Part shown: in pieces, positions 23,256 through 37,714 of the stretch
How the letters are laid out: each line of letters begins with the position of its first letter
Position numbering within the stretch: position 1 is the first letter of the stretch
Origin: Ptychomitrium polyphyllum
Taxonomy: Eukaryota
Length of the DNA: 64,000 bases
NCBI GenBank assembly: GCA_973851085.1
Contig: OZ316776.1
Span: 5,146,001 to 5,210,000, forward strand
Direction of reading: 5' to 3'
Made by a program: the position numbers and the translations under genes
The notes under the pieces: model-generated
Told to the model about the DNA's origin: nothing
What the model saw: only the letters and a program-made list of their open reading frames with translations
The model's database searches: none

Positions 23256-25003
23256 CTGAACGGATATAAGAAAACGATGTAAGTGGAGAGTGAGAATTGA
23301 AGCACAATGAATATATGAATATGTTCAAAGCTAAAGTGATGGTGCCTCGTAGTCCATAAAATCGGACTAATGCATTCGGTAGCTTCATAAAATAGCTAAA
23401 CTCAGCAAAGACGAGTTAAACTTAGTACAACCCGTAGCTACACTCAAAACCATCAGGAGCTAATTCTCTTTCTCAAAAACTACATTGGAAATTACAATGC
23501 CTGCCAAGAGAACACCGAAAGTTTAGATACGATACATATGATACTAATCCAATTACAGCATCCCGTTGAGGACTCCTTATTTCACAGCATCAGAAATGCG
23601 TCGTGAAATTCTCAAAAGCAAGGTTTCAAAGGACTCAGGCCACATGCGTGACCGCTACAGAAACCTTTAACCCTAATCATTATTTAAGATGCTTAAGCTT
23701 GGAAAACATCGAGAGGGATGGAATATTAGGATAGAAAACTGCAACACCTACGAGACGTTCACATTACAGTTGTAATTACTTAGGCGTGAAGGAATTGCAC
23801 AGGAGCTTGTAAGGAAAGGGAAGAACTGTCCGAAAGTTCTATCATGGAATTTGTAACTCACACCAGAACCTACGAGCACACTGACTCCATCAAAGAGATC
23901 GCAATAGACCCAAAGACGATATCGCAAGAGTACGCTCGGCAGAACTCACTCAACATGCTGAACGAGCGTCAAGAACAATGCAGATACGATAACAAACCTC
24001 ACAGGTCAAGAAATTCACGCCTCTCAACTGTAAGAGTGACAAGCGCCTCGAAGCAGAATAATTCCAACACATGAAAAGCAGAGGGAAGTACTACAACAGC
24101 GTCGCACCCAAAGGGCATCACAATACCTGGACGAAATTCTGACAGTGCCATGACCCCCACCCACCCAAACCCCTGAGAAAACTAAAGTATATTCCACTTC
24201 TTCTCCCTAATGACACCTTATCAGGCAAATTGAAATCAACCCCATATGAAGGATATGCTTCGAAGATTACCATTCTGCAGTAACTTAGGTGCTGCTAAAC
24301 GTGAATGAGTCACCAGAATAAGAAAGGCGCAATCCTTCCGACTTTGAATTGAGCTTGTGCTGCAACTTTCGATTAGTATTGCTTTTCCATGAAACTTGTC
24401 AAGTTTACACACTGCTGTAAGACAAGCTCGAAGCCGCATTTAGAGATGGAAATCACAAGATACAGACGTATATTTTACTCGCATGATATCCTTTGGATAT
24501 GAGCAGTGGAAGTGTCACGTCTCTGCAAGAGCAGCTTTCGTGTTACTTTGAAAATTGTAGGTTTTGGAGACGACATGGAAGCAAGCCTGGACGTATCCTT
24601 TTCTAAGAAACCATTTCGAAGTACAGTACAGCCCGTTCTGTGCTTTCCGTTGACATGCGAACGTGTTTGATGCTACTTAAAGCCTCATACAACCGACTCA
24701 AGGAACCAATAAGACTTGCAGCTTTGTTGACTGAGAGTGCACTAAGTGATATGCACACTTTCATCCGCATTATCACTTTACGATCACAATTCCGTGGAAC
24801 ACGAGCACCTTAACTAGAAGGAATTCTTCATTGAAATTATGTAGAAAGTAAATTTTGCTAAAGAATTGCAGTCAGTCATTATCGCATTGGAAAATAGCCA
24901 AAATCGTGTTGCAAGCAACTTGCAACGCAACTGGGCTATACAATAATGTAACAAAATGAATTTCTAGTAATAGCACATATAAAAGACTAATAGATTGAAA
25001 AGA

Positions 25004-28000
25004 CTACATCCTAGAGTTTCGCTTCTTCGATATAATGGGAATGGGCTTCAACGCTTTGTCAACTTTGCTTCCTGTGTTAATTCTGGGTTTGTTCGCTAAG
25101 TAAGTCTTATGAAGCTCAAGACGAGCTGTAGCTCTCCTAAGCTCTTTCCTCAACATCTCATTCATTTTAAAGTTTTTCAAAGCTCGAAATTCTTTGGTTA
25201 GATGTTTGCCTATTTCAACTGTTTCCGATTCAGGTATGACACTGATCTCAGTCTCCAAATGGAGACCCCCACCAGGCATAGCCAAGTCATCAAATGAGGA
25301 TACAGACATGGGTCCAGCACTCTTGTACGTTTTCCTCTTCACCAACTTTGGCGGAGCTGGTACTGGGAGCCTGAATCCACCTTCTCTGGTCGAATACAAA
25401 TCGATGGCATCTGATGGAGTCAAGGACAATAGCATGGAACTTTCGGTCATCACCGACATGCTGGCGATCTCAGAGGCAATCTTTACCACTCCCGGGTGTG
25501 AATGGCGCCGCAGAAGAGTCACATCCCACAGCACAGATGATAGAGCTCCACTTACGTCTGGATCGTCCCCATCAGGTGTATATTTCTGCATGTCATATAT
25601 AATTCGTCAAAAATCATTTAACTCCATCAATATATAAAACATCAATATATAAAACATCAATATATAAAACAATACCATCAAAACCTCAAAACAACGCTAC
25701 TTTTCATCTGCGCTTGCAACAAAATAAGTTTATGAACCTTTTCAAAGATCAGGTACCAGAGACTCTATTTAACTTCGAGGTGTATACAGAATACTGGATA
25801 GAAAACTCATGAAAGATTTCGAAGAAGGAAAGAACTACTTACTGCCAAATTGCCGCCAACTGCACCGCCGCCTCCATCATTCTCAAGAAGATTTCGACAT
25901 TTCTTATAACGCTGCAATAAGTATCGAACAGTCACAAGGGCTGCAGACCAAAAACAAATAACACCAGTATCAGTAGCAATATTTTCGCAAAGTTTACCCG
26001 TCAATTAATGCTGAACAAACAGGAGCTTTCCACAACAGTCCTACACCCCACATTATCTAGTGTTGTCAGTAAAACAACTGATGAATATAACCCAGGCAAT
26101 CTTTAACTAAATTGAGTTACAGGTTCTGAGATGTTTGCCTCCAGCATAACTCCTTTGAGTAAAATTCAGCATCCTAAGTTGGAAAGAATAGGTCAATGCT
26201 GCGGATAAAACTGAGGATAGGCAGACCTTGATAAGAATGCACTTATCACTTGAACACACCTAAACCTTCAAATAGCTACCAGGGAAAATAAGAGACACTT
26301 CGATCTAAACAAAATGACACCGAAATTACATACCAGCCATAGCCTCAGCAGGTGCAAGGTGAAGCGCAAGAGTGGAGAGCCGCTTCAAAAATCCAGCTGC
26401 ACGTTGCATGTCATGTTGCCGATTGTCCCAGAGCATCACTTGAAGTGCTTCAGCAAACACCTTCGAGTACTTTACATCATGTCTGAAAGAAGCAAAAACA
26501 AATTAAGTGCCTATAAAATACATGATCTTCATTTAATTATTTCTGCAAGGAACAAAAGGATAGCTCCCTGCATTTCAATTTTGAGGGGGAAACAAAGTTT
26601 CAAGTGTCCTTGAAGTATATATTTGGGTAGTAGCAATGTTCTTAAACGCAGTACATGTTGCTTTCATCTTAACAAAGAACACTGCAAGTAACAAGTCAAT
26701 ATATTAATCAATATTTTACCTTACTGAGTTGAATTCAAATAGTAGATTGTACAGCTGAACGTAAAACTCTCTCAAATCAATTGTAAGGGCGTCCAAATTG
26801 CTGCGCACAATCTTAAATGCGACCATACAACACTGCAACCGCTCTCCAACTGTTAGCAGATCCTCAGTAGGGCGTGCCTCTGCATTCTTGCCTCCAGCTG
26901 CTGCTACACCAAGTGTGGTCAGGAGATCAGCCATAAAATCAACGTTTATCAAGTAGGAATATTTGCCAAGGCCATCGAGAGAAGGGTCCAGCAATGGTCG
27001 CAAGCCAAGTGAGTCGAAACCCTCATCGATCTCTCGTGAGACTGCATTAAGTACCCTGCAAAACCAACATAGAAAGTTACTTCGCCACTCAATAATAACA
27101 CCTGTGGCATTGGGTTCAAATACGCTAAAGAAACAAATGAGCTAACGTTCGGAGATGCATACTTCTCATCAGGAGGCTCTAAACTAGCTTTTAGTACGCC
27201 AAAGTATGCCTCGAACATGGCAGCCAAGGTTTGTGTCTGAAGCTTCTTGCGCAACACGACATCAGGAGCACTCGAAGCTTCCTTGAAATCGTCTTTTACC
27301 TGTAGAAATAAACTTCCATATCAGGAACTTTAACTTAATAACAGTATATTTTGATTGACACGAAAGAAAGTCTTAATTCGTCAATGACAATCGATTCTCC
27401 TTTAGCAAAAGTTCATTTGGAGACACTTTGAGAGTACATAACAAGATTCCTTTAAATTATGTTAAACAACAGAAAACCGTATTTAGATACGCTTGTGAAT
27501 TCCGTACTTCACATTAACTTGCAACTGGGGGCTTAACTTGGATAGGTATCATAAATGGAGACTTAAATTAACCCAGAAACGAAGCAATCGTAGCTAGGAT
27601 TGTCTTAACAGTTAAACTACACTCACCTCTTTTCGCAATTGCTTCGCAAGTTCTCGTTTCTTCTCTTTCTTCTCCTTTTTTTCTACGCGTTTGGACTTTT
27701 TAATATTGGCTTTCTCGGCCATCTTCTCGGTAGTACTCGACTTTTCTATATTGTCATCAAACGATAGCTCCAAGAAAACCTGTAATGGTGAATCAAGCAG
27801 CAGAGCTAAATTTAAATACAACTCAACTGCAAAGCCGACTAGAGGTAGGTCGAGAGAAAGAGACAGAAAAGCTTGAAAACATTCACTGGAGTTTTATGTA
27901 ACAGCACTAACATACCTCTACAACAGCTGGACGCACTCTATAACGGCGGGACTTCACAAGCTCAGCAATCAATTGAACAGCTTCCACGGTGGCCTCTCCT

Positions 28001-30511
28001 CCGTGCTTGGGCTCGTTTTTGAACAAAGACTTGACAGCATCACAAGCCAATTTGCTGTACACTAGGTCCATATTAGAATTTACATCATTTGCAATTGGCT
28101 AATTATTCCAATAACTTCAAATTATATAGTGATCGGCAAAAACCTGATTTCATCGTCAAATGACATCATCCGTGGAATCATAGCTTTAATCATACTGTCA
28201 CGATAGTTGAAATGGGGTGCTGCATCTAGTAGCGCACCCATACACTTGAGTGCTGCAAGGCGCCGTGCCGGTGACTTTGCAGCTCGAATCAAAGTTTGAA
28301 CATATTTCTGCATCAGATAAAACAAACTCAGACAAGGATTAGCATTTTCTAGAGCATTATAAGATTTTCCTTGCAGATTATGTGCATACGACAGATAATC
28401 CAGTTCACAATGAACGGAACATTTAGACGTAACATCCAAACACAACCTACCAATAATAACAGAGTTTGCAAACAAAAAAAAATTTACCTGGTAGTATTTA
28501 AGAAGAGCAGTCTCGAAATCTCGTAGCTTGCGAACCTCCTTAGACACAACCATTTCTAACTCCTTCTCTGTGGGCAACCTTATACGATACCTGTGGAAGG
28601 ATCATTGCATAGCATTAAACCACGGTGCCAAAAAAAGGCAGAAAACCTCACCTACTGTTCAAATTGAACTACGAGAAACTCAAAGCGGTGCAGAAATTCC
28701 CCATGCAACGACATTGACACTGATACTTTCCCTAACAGAGCTTAAGAATGAGAATGTAGGTAGAATCAAGTTACCCAGGTAAAATATCTTTAAAAACAGC
28801 CATAGAAGATAGGAGCGCCAGACGGGCTACACTATCATCACGGTCTTCGCACATCTCTTGAAGTTCTTTCAAAGATCCAATATTGGTTTCTGGATTTGCA
28901 AGCAGCCCCATACCCAGCTCTGCCATGTGCGCCTTGAGTTCCACCCGTCTTAGTTGCACGGATATATAACTCACTTCTTCCTGATAGATATATGTCACAT
29001 GGAAAACATCCGTCAATCTAAGAGAAGCAATAAGCAGGAAAAGACGTCACCTCAAGATCATCAAATTACAGGCATCTCCAAGAGTGAGATTCTACCACCG
29101 TGTCAGACGTCAGAAAACGAGCCCCAATTACCACCATTTAATGCACATTACGAACTACTATTCAAACGGAGTCAGGGATCAAAGAGTCTTCAACAAACCT
29201 TTTTTTTGTCAGCGTCCAGATCAATTCCTCCATTAGCTGTGGCTTCTTCAGCTTTCTTCTTGTCTTCGATTTCTTTATTCCGTTCTTCCTTCTTTAATTT
29301 CTTACGATCTTGTTTCGTGAGTTTGACCTTCTTATCTTTCTTGCCTCCTGGCAGCGCTTCCACAGTGAAAACCTCTTCACAGACTTCACTTGGAGTCTCT
29401 ACGAAAGTACGATTTGCTTTTTGCAAATTTGCCTTCCGTTCCTCAAGCAGAGCATTGCCATCTACACGTCAAAAATATTCCTCACAAAATTTCAAAAAGG
29501 CCTCGACTCATAAAACTCAAAATTTCACCCCATGCTTATGTACCAAATTACAAATACATCAAATATACAATTTGAAGAACATGATCCCTACCAGAGGACT
29601 TCTTGGATGTAGAGAGATATCGAAGCTCTCCCGTTAGTGACTTCACAGGTAAAACGTCCACTTCTTCGTCCACAGCCATAGTTTCAACATTCTCGACCAA
29701 CTTTGCTGCATTGCGTTCTGCCCTTTCCTCGTACCGGCTCTCAATATCTTCCTCCGGTCTCTCGAGCTTCTTCGCTGGCTTCTCTTTCTTCTTCGGCTCC
29801 TCGAAAGCTCTGCTTACGAAAGTGATATCATTAATTTGAACATTCGTCTAGCCATACCTAAAACCTAAAACAATACATACTAAAGTTCTTGAACATCTAC
29901 CAAAAATTCATATCCATTTAAACAATGTATATTCGAAGTTCTCGATTACAAAATCATCGTAAGAAATTCACGCGATCCAGTACTCAAAACGAAGCAAACA
30001 ACTCACTTGTTTATGGTGGCCGTGTCCAAGTTCGCCATAAACCCAGCATACTGCGCATGCTTCTTAACAAACTGCAAATCCTCATCGGAGACATACAAGT
30101 CGTCTTCATTGACCTCCGGCGGTAGCGCGGCAACTCCTTGCTGCAGTCACAAACCCACAATCAGACATATTTCTCGAACTTCTCCGAGATCATTGAATTG
30201 GATAAGAAACACTAACCCCACTTCCAAAACCGGTTTTGAAGCCAAATGCTCTAACTGCCCCATTCCAACATACACCCCATTCAATCTTCAAATCCCACAG
30301 ACCTGCCATCGCAAGATTTACCAATTCACCTCTCTTACGCTACCGTCCAATTCACAAAAAAACCCGTTCTTAAACCACAACCGTGAAGCTAATCCCCATA
30401 CAAACTTCAAACCCAGAACTCTGCAATTCAATTGACGCAGTACTAGAAATCCAACAGGAAGAGGAGCCGGCAGAACACCTGCTTGCGCTTGCGCTTCCCC
30501 CCTGAAGACAT
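25004..30511 (-). CDS. NOC3: Nucleolar complex-associated protein 3 (NOC3/CBF-Mak21 family), about 14 coding exons
   Basis: Exon 1 (30511-30479) MSSGGKRKRKQ; LPPEVNEDDLYVSDEDLQFV; SMAVFKDILPGYRIR; APHFNYR; GLGKYSYLINVDFMADLL; KYTPDGDDPDVSGALSSVLW..HSHPGV; introns checked are GT-AG. Confidence 0.93.
25625..25671. repeat. 15-bp tandem repeat CATCAATATATAAAA x3 in the last NOC3 intron
   Basis: Directly visible. Confidence 0.9.
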
Positions 30512-30639
30512 GGCTACGCCGGGCATCGGATGACAAGTGAAGGAGCTTCTGAAAGCGCCAGCATGTGATCACCTACAGAATCTAGAGCGTGCAGGAGAGC
30601 AGCATTCCATCCTCCCTCCCTCGGCGCCCTCTCAGGGTT

Positions 30640-30975
30640 CATCATTCAAAGTCTAGGGCTTATGCTTTAGGATTTAGGGCTATCACTTAGTGCTTCTCTG
30701 GCCCAGTCCACGGTCGCTGCCTTCCTTCCCCCCTTGTCCGGTCATCATGGAGGCCCATTCCCCAAAATCGTCGCTGCACCCTGAGGCGGCACTATCTACT
30801 GCAAACCTACATTTTCCTTCGAACAGATTCATCACAGATTTGAAAAATCTAGGCGTCCCTTCGACTCTACGGAGGCAAGTGTACGATGAGAGTAGACTTA
30901 TCGGTTTTCGTAGATAGTGTCGCTTTCGTTGATCATGCTACATGGACACGTGGTCCAGTGTTGTAGGGTTTCTAT
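30640..30975. promoter_or_regulatory. Compact head-to-head promoter region with two site II (GGCCCA) motifs and telo-box-like motifs
   Basis: GGCCCA at 30700 and 30752; TAGGGTTT at 30964; TTTAGGG variant at ~30673. Site II plus telo-box is typical of plant ribosome-biogenesis genes such as NOC3. Confidence 0.45.
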
Positions 30976-32973
30976 TCAATGTTTCGGGTGTTTCAGTTTG
31001 TGTATGTCTGGGTAGTGAGTGTGCGGACTTGTTCATGTTCTTGGGTATGTTCTTTTGATATGATTTATTTTAGGTTTTTAATGAGCACATGAATGGTTTT
31101 CTTTTCTACCCCTTCAGTTTCCTTTTGATATTTTTCAGTTTTTGCTCGTTGCGTGTGAGGGCGTGAATGAACTCATTGAGTTCTGACTGATTCTAGAGTG
31201 GGCTTGTTTCGTTCTCGATGAATTGGTGCACTGAGGTTGTTTGTGGGTTCTTAGCGGTAGACTGAGGGGAGAGATTGGGTAGATTTGGTGGTATGCTCGT
31301 ATAGTTGTAGCTTCCCGATGTGGTTGTGCTGTTGTTTTCTTTTTCTGGAGAGTGCGAAGGTGAATTGTAGTTCGCAAGGTCTGGTGCACTTTCAGCTGAT
31401 GTGGTAAGGCCGGCGGTAGTTTTGATTGCGTGATCATTTTTGGGTTTTGGGGGGCGCAGGTTTGGTGTTGATTCGCAATGTCTATCGAAGGACAGATCAT
31501 CACATGCAAAGGTATGGCCTGGATGCCTTACCAATTATCTGGTAGCAAGGTCAACAGAGTTGCAAAGGTTTATCAGTTTTGTGCGGGTTATTGAAACATA
31601 GATGGGTGAGATAGATTTAGCTCCTCGGAATTTTCATGTCGGTGAATGTTGCTTTTACTCTCTGTTTGGGGCGTCGTGAGAGATCGGTCATGTACGAAAG
31701 TCGCTAAGACATCTGGTTGTGATCGTGAGGATCTCTGGCTTAACTTTGCTCATATGAATATAATGATTGTAGTGAAACAGAAATCTAAGTGTGAATTTTT
31801 GCTACATTTACTTGGTAATTGTGGTTAGGCTAGTACTTTCTGAGTGTTCAACCTTTATGCTTTGTCAGGCGCCCTTTCGAGTCCTTCCTCCACGCCAGAG
31901 CCTTAACCCTCCTGACACACAACCACGCCAGCTGAAGTCCGTAGGCCGGTGTGCCTGCTTATAAATGGTTGAAAAGTACTATGGCTGATAACAGAACTGT
32001 ATTTCTGGTATGCGTGTTTCCAATCTTCGATTTTCCTTCCATTTGCGCTTTGACTTGGCTGCGTTAAATTTTGAAAACAAATGCTAATCTCTTCGGTTGA
32101 AGTGCATCTTGCGTTACCTAAGATTGTATAACGAACCCAGGAAAATGTGATTGCAGTACAAGTAGTTCGATAGTGGCTGTGTTACAATAATCAAAGTATG
32201 ATAAGAAACTACGTTGGCCCTTACGGTTTTCACATTAAAAAGTGTGGTTGTGGTACAAGTATCCGTGATCTATTATTACAATGGTTATAGCAATCTTTCT
32301 ATGATGACGAGATCCGATGTTTTCTCGCCTCTTACTAACTCGCACTTGTTTTTGATTTTGATTAGGTTAATACTTTCATTGCACATACTGTCCTGCTGTT
32401 GAACAACTTCTCTGCAGTCTGCGAAGATAAACTAGCAGACGTGCACCTGTAGGTTCTCTTTTCCAAATCTTTCATGCATTTGATTATAATCTTGCGCTTG
32501 CTGTGGTTGGGTGGCAGATTTTATTAAGATTATGTAGATATAGATGTCGCTGCAATATTTGATGACTTTTCAAATCTTGGTCCGAGATAAGAGCTACTCT
32601 GCAAACTTTAAGATTCTAAGTTTTCCTATGGTTACAGGAGGATACTACGTCTGGAAGCAACTACCACTCTATTGGAGTCTAAGCTGGACCGTGTAGCTCG
32701 GTCACGGGGTGAAGCTGGTACATTTTACCTCATTGAATTGCTCTGTCGTGTCTTAATGTACAACAGTATATCAGGATGTACAGTCAGCCACAACTTGTCT
32801 GAGCATGTAGGCATCACCAGCGTATACAAGAACTTCTTTTCCGAAAGTGCATTTCACGAGAAATGATTGTGTTTTTCTGGAATGTGTAGTGAGAGTATCT
32901 GAAGAGGGCACTCGAACATCAAGCGAGACATTGACAGCTTGAGTATAAAGGTTGTGGGTGAACGTTAGTCACG

Positions 32974-34089
32974 ATGAGGGAAGCCGTAGCGAAGGGAAAG
33001 GATATGGGACCGCGGTATGCTGGGACGACGGATCTTGTGCGTGTATTCAACCGTGCTCTTGAGCTTCTCAATAGTACGACTCCAGAGAGTGATCAAGAGC
33101 TTCTCGAGCTTGTGAAGAAGTCAAAACGCGAAATGGAAAAGGAACCATCTGTTCCTCCAGCCAAAAAATCACGTATGTTTCTACTGTCATACCTTGCTTT
33201 TTTTTACTTTTAGTGTTCTTTCTTTTTCTTTCCTGCTGTTTTAGGTTCTGTTTCGGTGGAATCCAGGTTATAGATGAGAACGAAGCCTGTAGTTTAAGCT
33301 CTTTTCAATGTGACTACTGCACTCCTAGCATGAGATGGATATCGTCTACTAGTTTATGTTAATCGTAATTTTTTTAAGATTTGAAGACTGAACACAGACG
33401 GAACCGTAGAAAACCTGTTGTAGATTTAGTTCCTGATTGCAATTCGAAGGAAAGAGCAATCGTTCTATGAGGAGAAGGTTGATGTATCTTCTAAATTCGC
33501 AGCACATATTGTATCAGCCACGCATCCTGAGTTTCTGTAGACCTGGCAAGAAATGTGTAAGTGATGTTTTCTACATTGTTGAATAACAGTAAGCAGGGAC
33601 TATAAGAGCAGAACATAAAGAAGTTGGACTATTCCAAATAGCGTTAGAAGTACTCAGAAGTGTTCACGTTTTTCAGGTCGAGGGCCTTCAGAGGTTGGCG
33701 ATTTTCAAGCTTTAGGGCATCGTTCCAATTTAGCCACACTCACTGGTGACCATGTAAGCATATACTCATTTCTTGTATTTTTTTATTCCATCTTCAGGTG
33801 ACTACAGAAGGCTCCATCACCTGTATGGAACCACAGATTTTAGAAGCTTGTGAGTAGAGTATAAGTACTGATTGTTACTTGAGAAATCTTTCACTAATCT
33901 GATCAATTTGGTGATCTGATGTAGGGGAGCGGACAGTCAGGATCTGGAAGCGAAGGCACGCCTACGCAGTCCACGTCTGGAACCAGTGCTAGCATGGCGC
34001 ATGCACAAGTTCGTCCGATTCAAAGAATACGTAATCCTGGGCGTGGGGGTGGAAGAGGTGAAAAGCACAAGCGCAAGAGTAATCGGTAG
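32974..34089 (+). CDS. Unknown small basic protein (~130 aa) with micro-exons; tentative exons 32974-33171, 33677-33693, 33808-33822, 33925-34089
   Basis: MREAVAKGKDMGPRYAGTTDLVRVFNRALELL...PPAKKS spliced in frame to RRGPSE, KAPSP and GSGQSGSGSEG...RGGGRGEKHKRKSNR*. Upstream spliced exons at ~31869-32007 and ~32638-32718. No family recognised. Confidence 0.45.
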
Positions 34090-35690
34090 TTGGGTGTTCG
34101 GAGATCTTGCGTTACAAAATTGGTCTCGTTGTGGACTTTCTGGTAGACTTTCTGGTGGACTTTCTGAATCCTGTTTTGCCACAGATTTTGAATCTGTAGA
34201 TACTTCGCAATCATGATAGTTTCGTTGATTGCACAGTGCAACTTCGAACTTCGAGAGATGTACATAACGATTGCAAATTCCAGTTACATACGAAAAGTAG
34301 CTTTTTATAGATGGAACTCTACCTCATTCAAAGACTGTTTAAAGGAATTCTATAGAGGATGCCATCAATATCAGAGTGGACAAAATGGATATGAAGGGCA
34401 TGCTTTCTCTCCCTTCTTTGTTTCATTTTATTTTTCTCCCTTCATTTTGATGAGCCTTTGTTTTAATTTTGATCCACATGAGCGGTTTTTCACTATCTTA
34501 GGATTGCGAAACACGTGTAAATCGAGACGAGAAAGAACACTCCGCATTCCCTTCGGAGACAAGGTGCAGTTACAGTTGGTCTTTTGGTGCACACTCTGGA
34601 GCTCTACCTATTAACCACAAAAGAAACCCCCTTCGTATAGTCAACTAGTATTCTCATTCATTGAACACACTGCGTTGGACAAACTGACGTATGCACATGA
34701 AAGACAACTTCCCCAGCTTATTCTCCCAAACGGTTTCCACCACTCATCCATTGGCTGCAAGTTCTAGACGTAACCACTTCCATATTTGAAATACTGCTAC
34801 CGTTGCGTGCATGAAGATGGAGGTTGTGAGCCAGGTTGCGATCGATGTAAGCACCAGCTTCAGCGATGGCCCAGCACACATGTGTGCAGAGCCCCACTCG
34901 AGCTGACTCCTGTTTGTGCGGCTGAAAGCATTTTCTTTTCAGATGTCTCCGCGAGACCGTCGTTTACTTTGTATGACAAAGTGTTCAATTTGCAGTATGC
35001 TTTTCCAGGCTTTTTGGGAGTGAGCACTTGTACTCTCGTGTGAGGGAAATTAATTCGGACCTCCATGCAACATACATAGCAAGCTGGGTGCTTCACTTGT
35101 GATCTTGATTCTTGATCCCAACTGTGGACATGGTCGACGTCACTGCTTTGAGTCTCTTGTGAAGTCGGGTGGGACTATTGACTTCTGGTCTTGGACGAGG
35201 AGCTCGGTGGCGGAGCTTTCACCTGGGTGAGTGGCCGCAAAACTGCTAGAAACTTTCTTTTCGGCGTCCTTATATCACCTGATACTTTCTAATTCGGAAT
35301 TCTGAATCTGCAATGTTACTATACTGGTAGTGGCGTAATGCTTCTTGGGTTTCCTGCTGAGGTCTGTCGACTTCATTTTTTGTCTTGAAGCTATGTTTGA
35401 ATTCTGAGCTTGTTCTGCTTATCCCAATGTTGAGCAAAGAATCGTTAGTTCGTAACCAAAATGGTCGGTCCTGGCTGCCAGAGAATCTTATCCAATGATT
35501 TTGCAAATTGGCGTTATCCGAAGCTTGTCATTTAAAGTGAGAATCAACTGCACAGTTAATTTATTAGGCAGCAAGCTCTAGTTGTGTGATTTTAAACTCA
35601 CATACCATTTGTTCACATAGTGAATGTCTTGTGATTGTTAGTGCACGGTATTTCAGGTATTTTTCTGGGTGCTCGACATTGTGAGCACGA

Positions 35691-36649
35691 ATGGCGAGCT
35701 CTCTATGTAACAAGACATGTGCAGTCTCCTCGACATTAAGTCGGAGGCAACCACTCCACCCTTCTTCTCAACCTCATAGCCATTCCTTACCACCCTTGCC
35801 GAAATCCTCACACAGTGCTCTAGCATTCCTGAATTCTGCGTTACTCGGATTAAGAATCTCCTCTTCACTCGTCCATCTAAGACTTTTGAATTCCTCCTCA
35901 CGACGAGCCTCAACCACCTACGCGGCACCCGTATCCGCAAAATTGGTGAAATTCACGGGGCGCAAAGTGGTGTCCATCCCATTCAAGGAAAACTCGTTTC
36001 CGCCCGGGGAGTATCTCAAGGAGACGGAGCGCATTGTGAACGTGACCTTCCCGGACTCAGCTCGCATCAAATACTTGGGCGATCAAGTATGGCAAGCACG
36101 GCTGCTAACCATCACGTTCTTTCAGTTCTCCGCAACCCCTTTTACAGATGTCAGGTAAAGGTACTCTCCCTCCAACTCCACCTTCGACTCGTAAACCCTA
36201 ATCTCTCCCTAATCCACCAAAACTTCGGGATGCGTCCCTTATGTTAAGAACCCTCTTTTTGCAGGGTAGTGCATGAGAATGGAGTGCTCATCATCGATTC
36301 AACGAGGTTGGTACTCGACGTGACAGGGCTTCCAGAGCAGTTCCGCAACATGGACTTACAGTTCACTCTCCACGGTGAGCTTCGGGTGTTCCCTCGGACC
36401 ACCGGATCTCCCTGGAGTGCGAGAAAGCTGTGGGACTTCGGAGGGTGGGTAAACATCGGCGTGGCGGTGAATCTCCCCATTCCGTTGTCTCTGATCCCGG
36501 AGCGGTTGCTCACAGGCGTCGGCAACCAGGTGGTGGAGCGCGTTCTGGGCGCTATGGAGGGCGCTCTCTTGCAGGGCATCATTGACGATTACAATGCTTG
36601 GTGTGCGTCGGCGAACCCTCAAGCAGTCCCTGCATCCGGCAAGCAGTAG
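35691..36649 (+). CDS. DUF1997 family protein, probably plastid-targeted; exons 35691-36154 and 36265-36649
   Basis: Ser-rich transit-peptide-like N-terminus; EYLKETERIVNVTFPDSARIKYLGDQVWQARL..GNQVVERVLGAMEGALLQGIIDDYNAW; in-frame GT-AG intron. Confidence 0.8.
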
Positions 36650-37714
36650 CCAATTGGTAGAGTCTCCCTGCATCCTCTGCATCTCATGATCTCACCGTCA
36701 TCGTGATTTGTAACATGCTCCCATTAATACGATTCAAGTCTTTCCAGCAGCTTGGTAATGTGATATAAGACTTCGCATTAGATTGGAGTGGAGTAGAAAG
36801 TTTACGTGGATTCATGGTCAGTGAGCATGAATGACAACCTGCATTGAAAGTGTTGAGCTTTTTCTGGAAGTGGATAAATCCGCAACATGGACTTAGTGAA
36901 CTGGCTTTGGCATTGTTTTGAGTGCTACTGTATATACTTCAATCTGGATACAATATGAAACCAGAGAGAGAGAGTCGAGAAGTGTATGCAAACTGGTGTT
37001 AGAAAGAGGGTTGATATAGTAGGTTAGGGGATTCTACGACTTGTCGCTAACATTTTTCTGGCTATGGTCGAACATGAATCTGACCATTCATTGCTCGACT
37101 TTCTCTTGATTTAAGAACTAGAAATAAAGCTTTACCTTTTGTTTACGAGGCCTGAAAGCCATGCTACGAGGATTGCAGTGCAGACTCGTGTTACAGCCAA
37201 TCCTATGTTCATTGTCATGCTACAGACGAATAAGTTACCCTTAGTACTATGCCCACTGCAATACTAGAACAGGCTACTAAGCAGTTTATTCCGCGTACAG
37301 AAACGAGGTGTATGAAATATATGATTTGCAGGTTCAGAGAGACTCGCAAACAAGACAATGAGTGTCACGTTGACACTGGGATTGATGCTCAGCAACATCA
37401 CGAGTTGCTCAGAGAGTAAGATAATTGTATACATTTGCCAGGAAAATATTATAACAATTTCAGCTATTATCAACCAGAGGTGCTCGTAAAATCACAGGAG
37501 TTGACACTGCAAAAATGACAAAAGTTGAACTGCAACAAATATCACATAGTAATTCCTCTATTCACTTTTATATCATGCTACAAAAGAAACCCACAGGAGA
37601 GCTGTAAATGAAACAAGGTCTCGTCTCTCCGCTGGATTTGAACTGGATTTAACATTTTAATTCTCTGTGCCTACGGTTAATGGCATCAGGTGCGCCAAGA
37701 GCTCCATCCATGAA

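Noticed and set aside
28954..30435. Plus-strand ORFs of 227 and 142 aa
   Set aside because: Antisense shadows of NOC3 exons and introns, with no independent signals.
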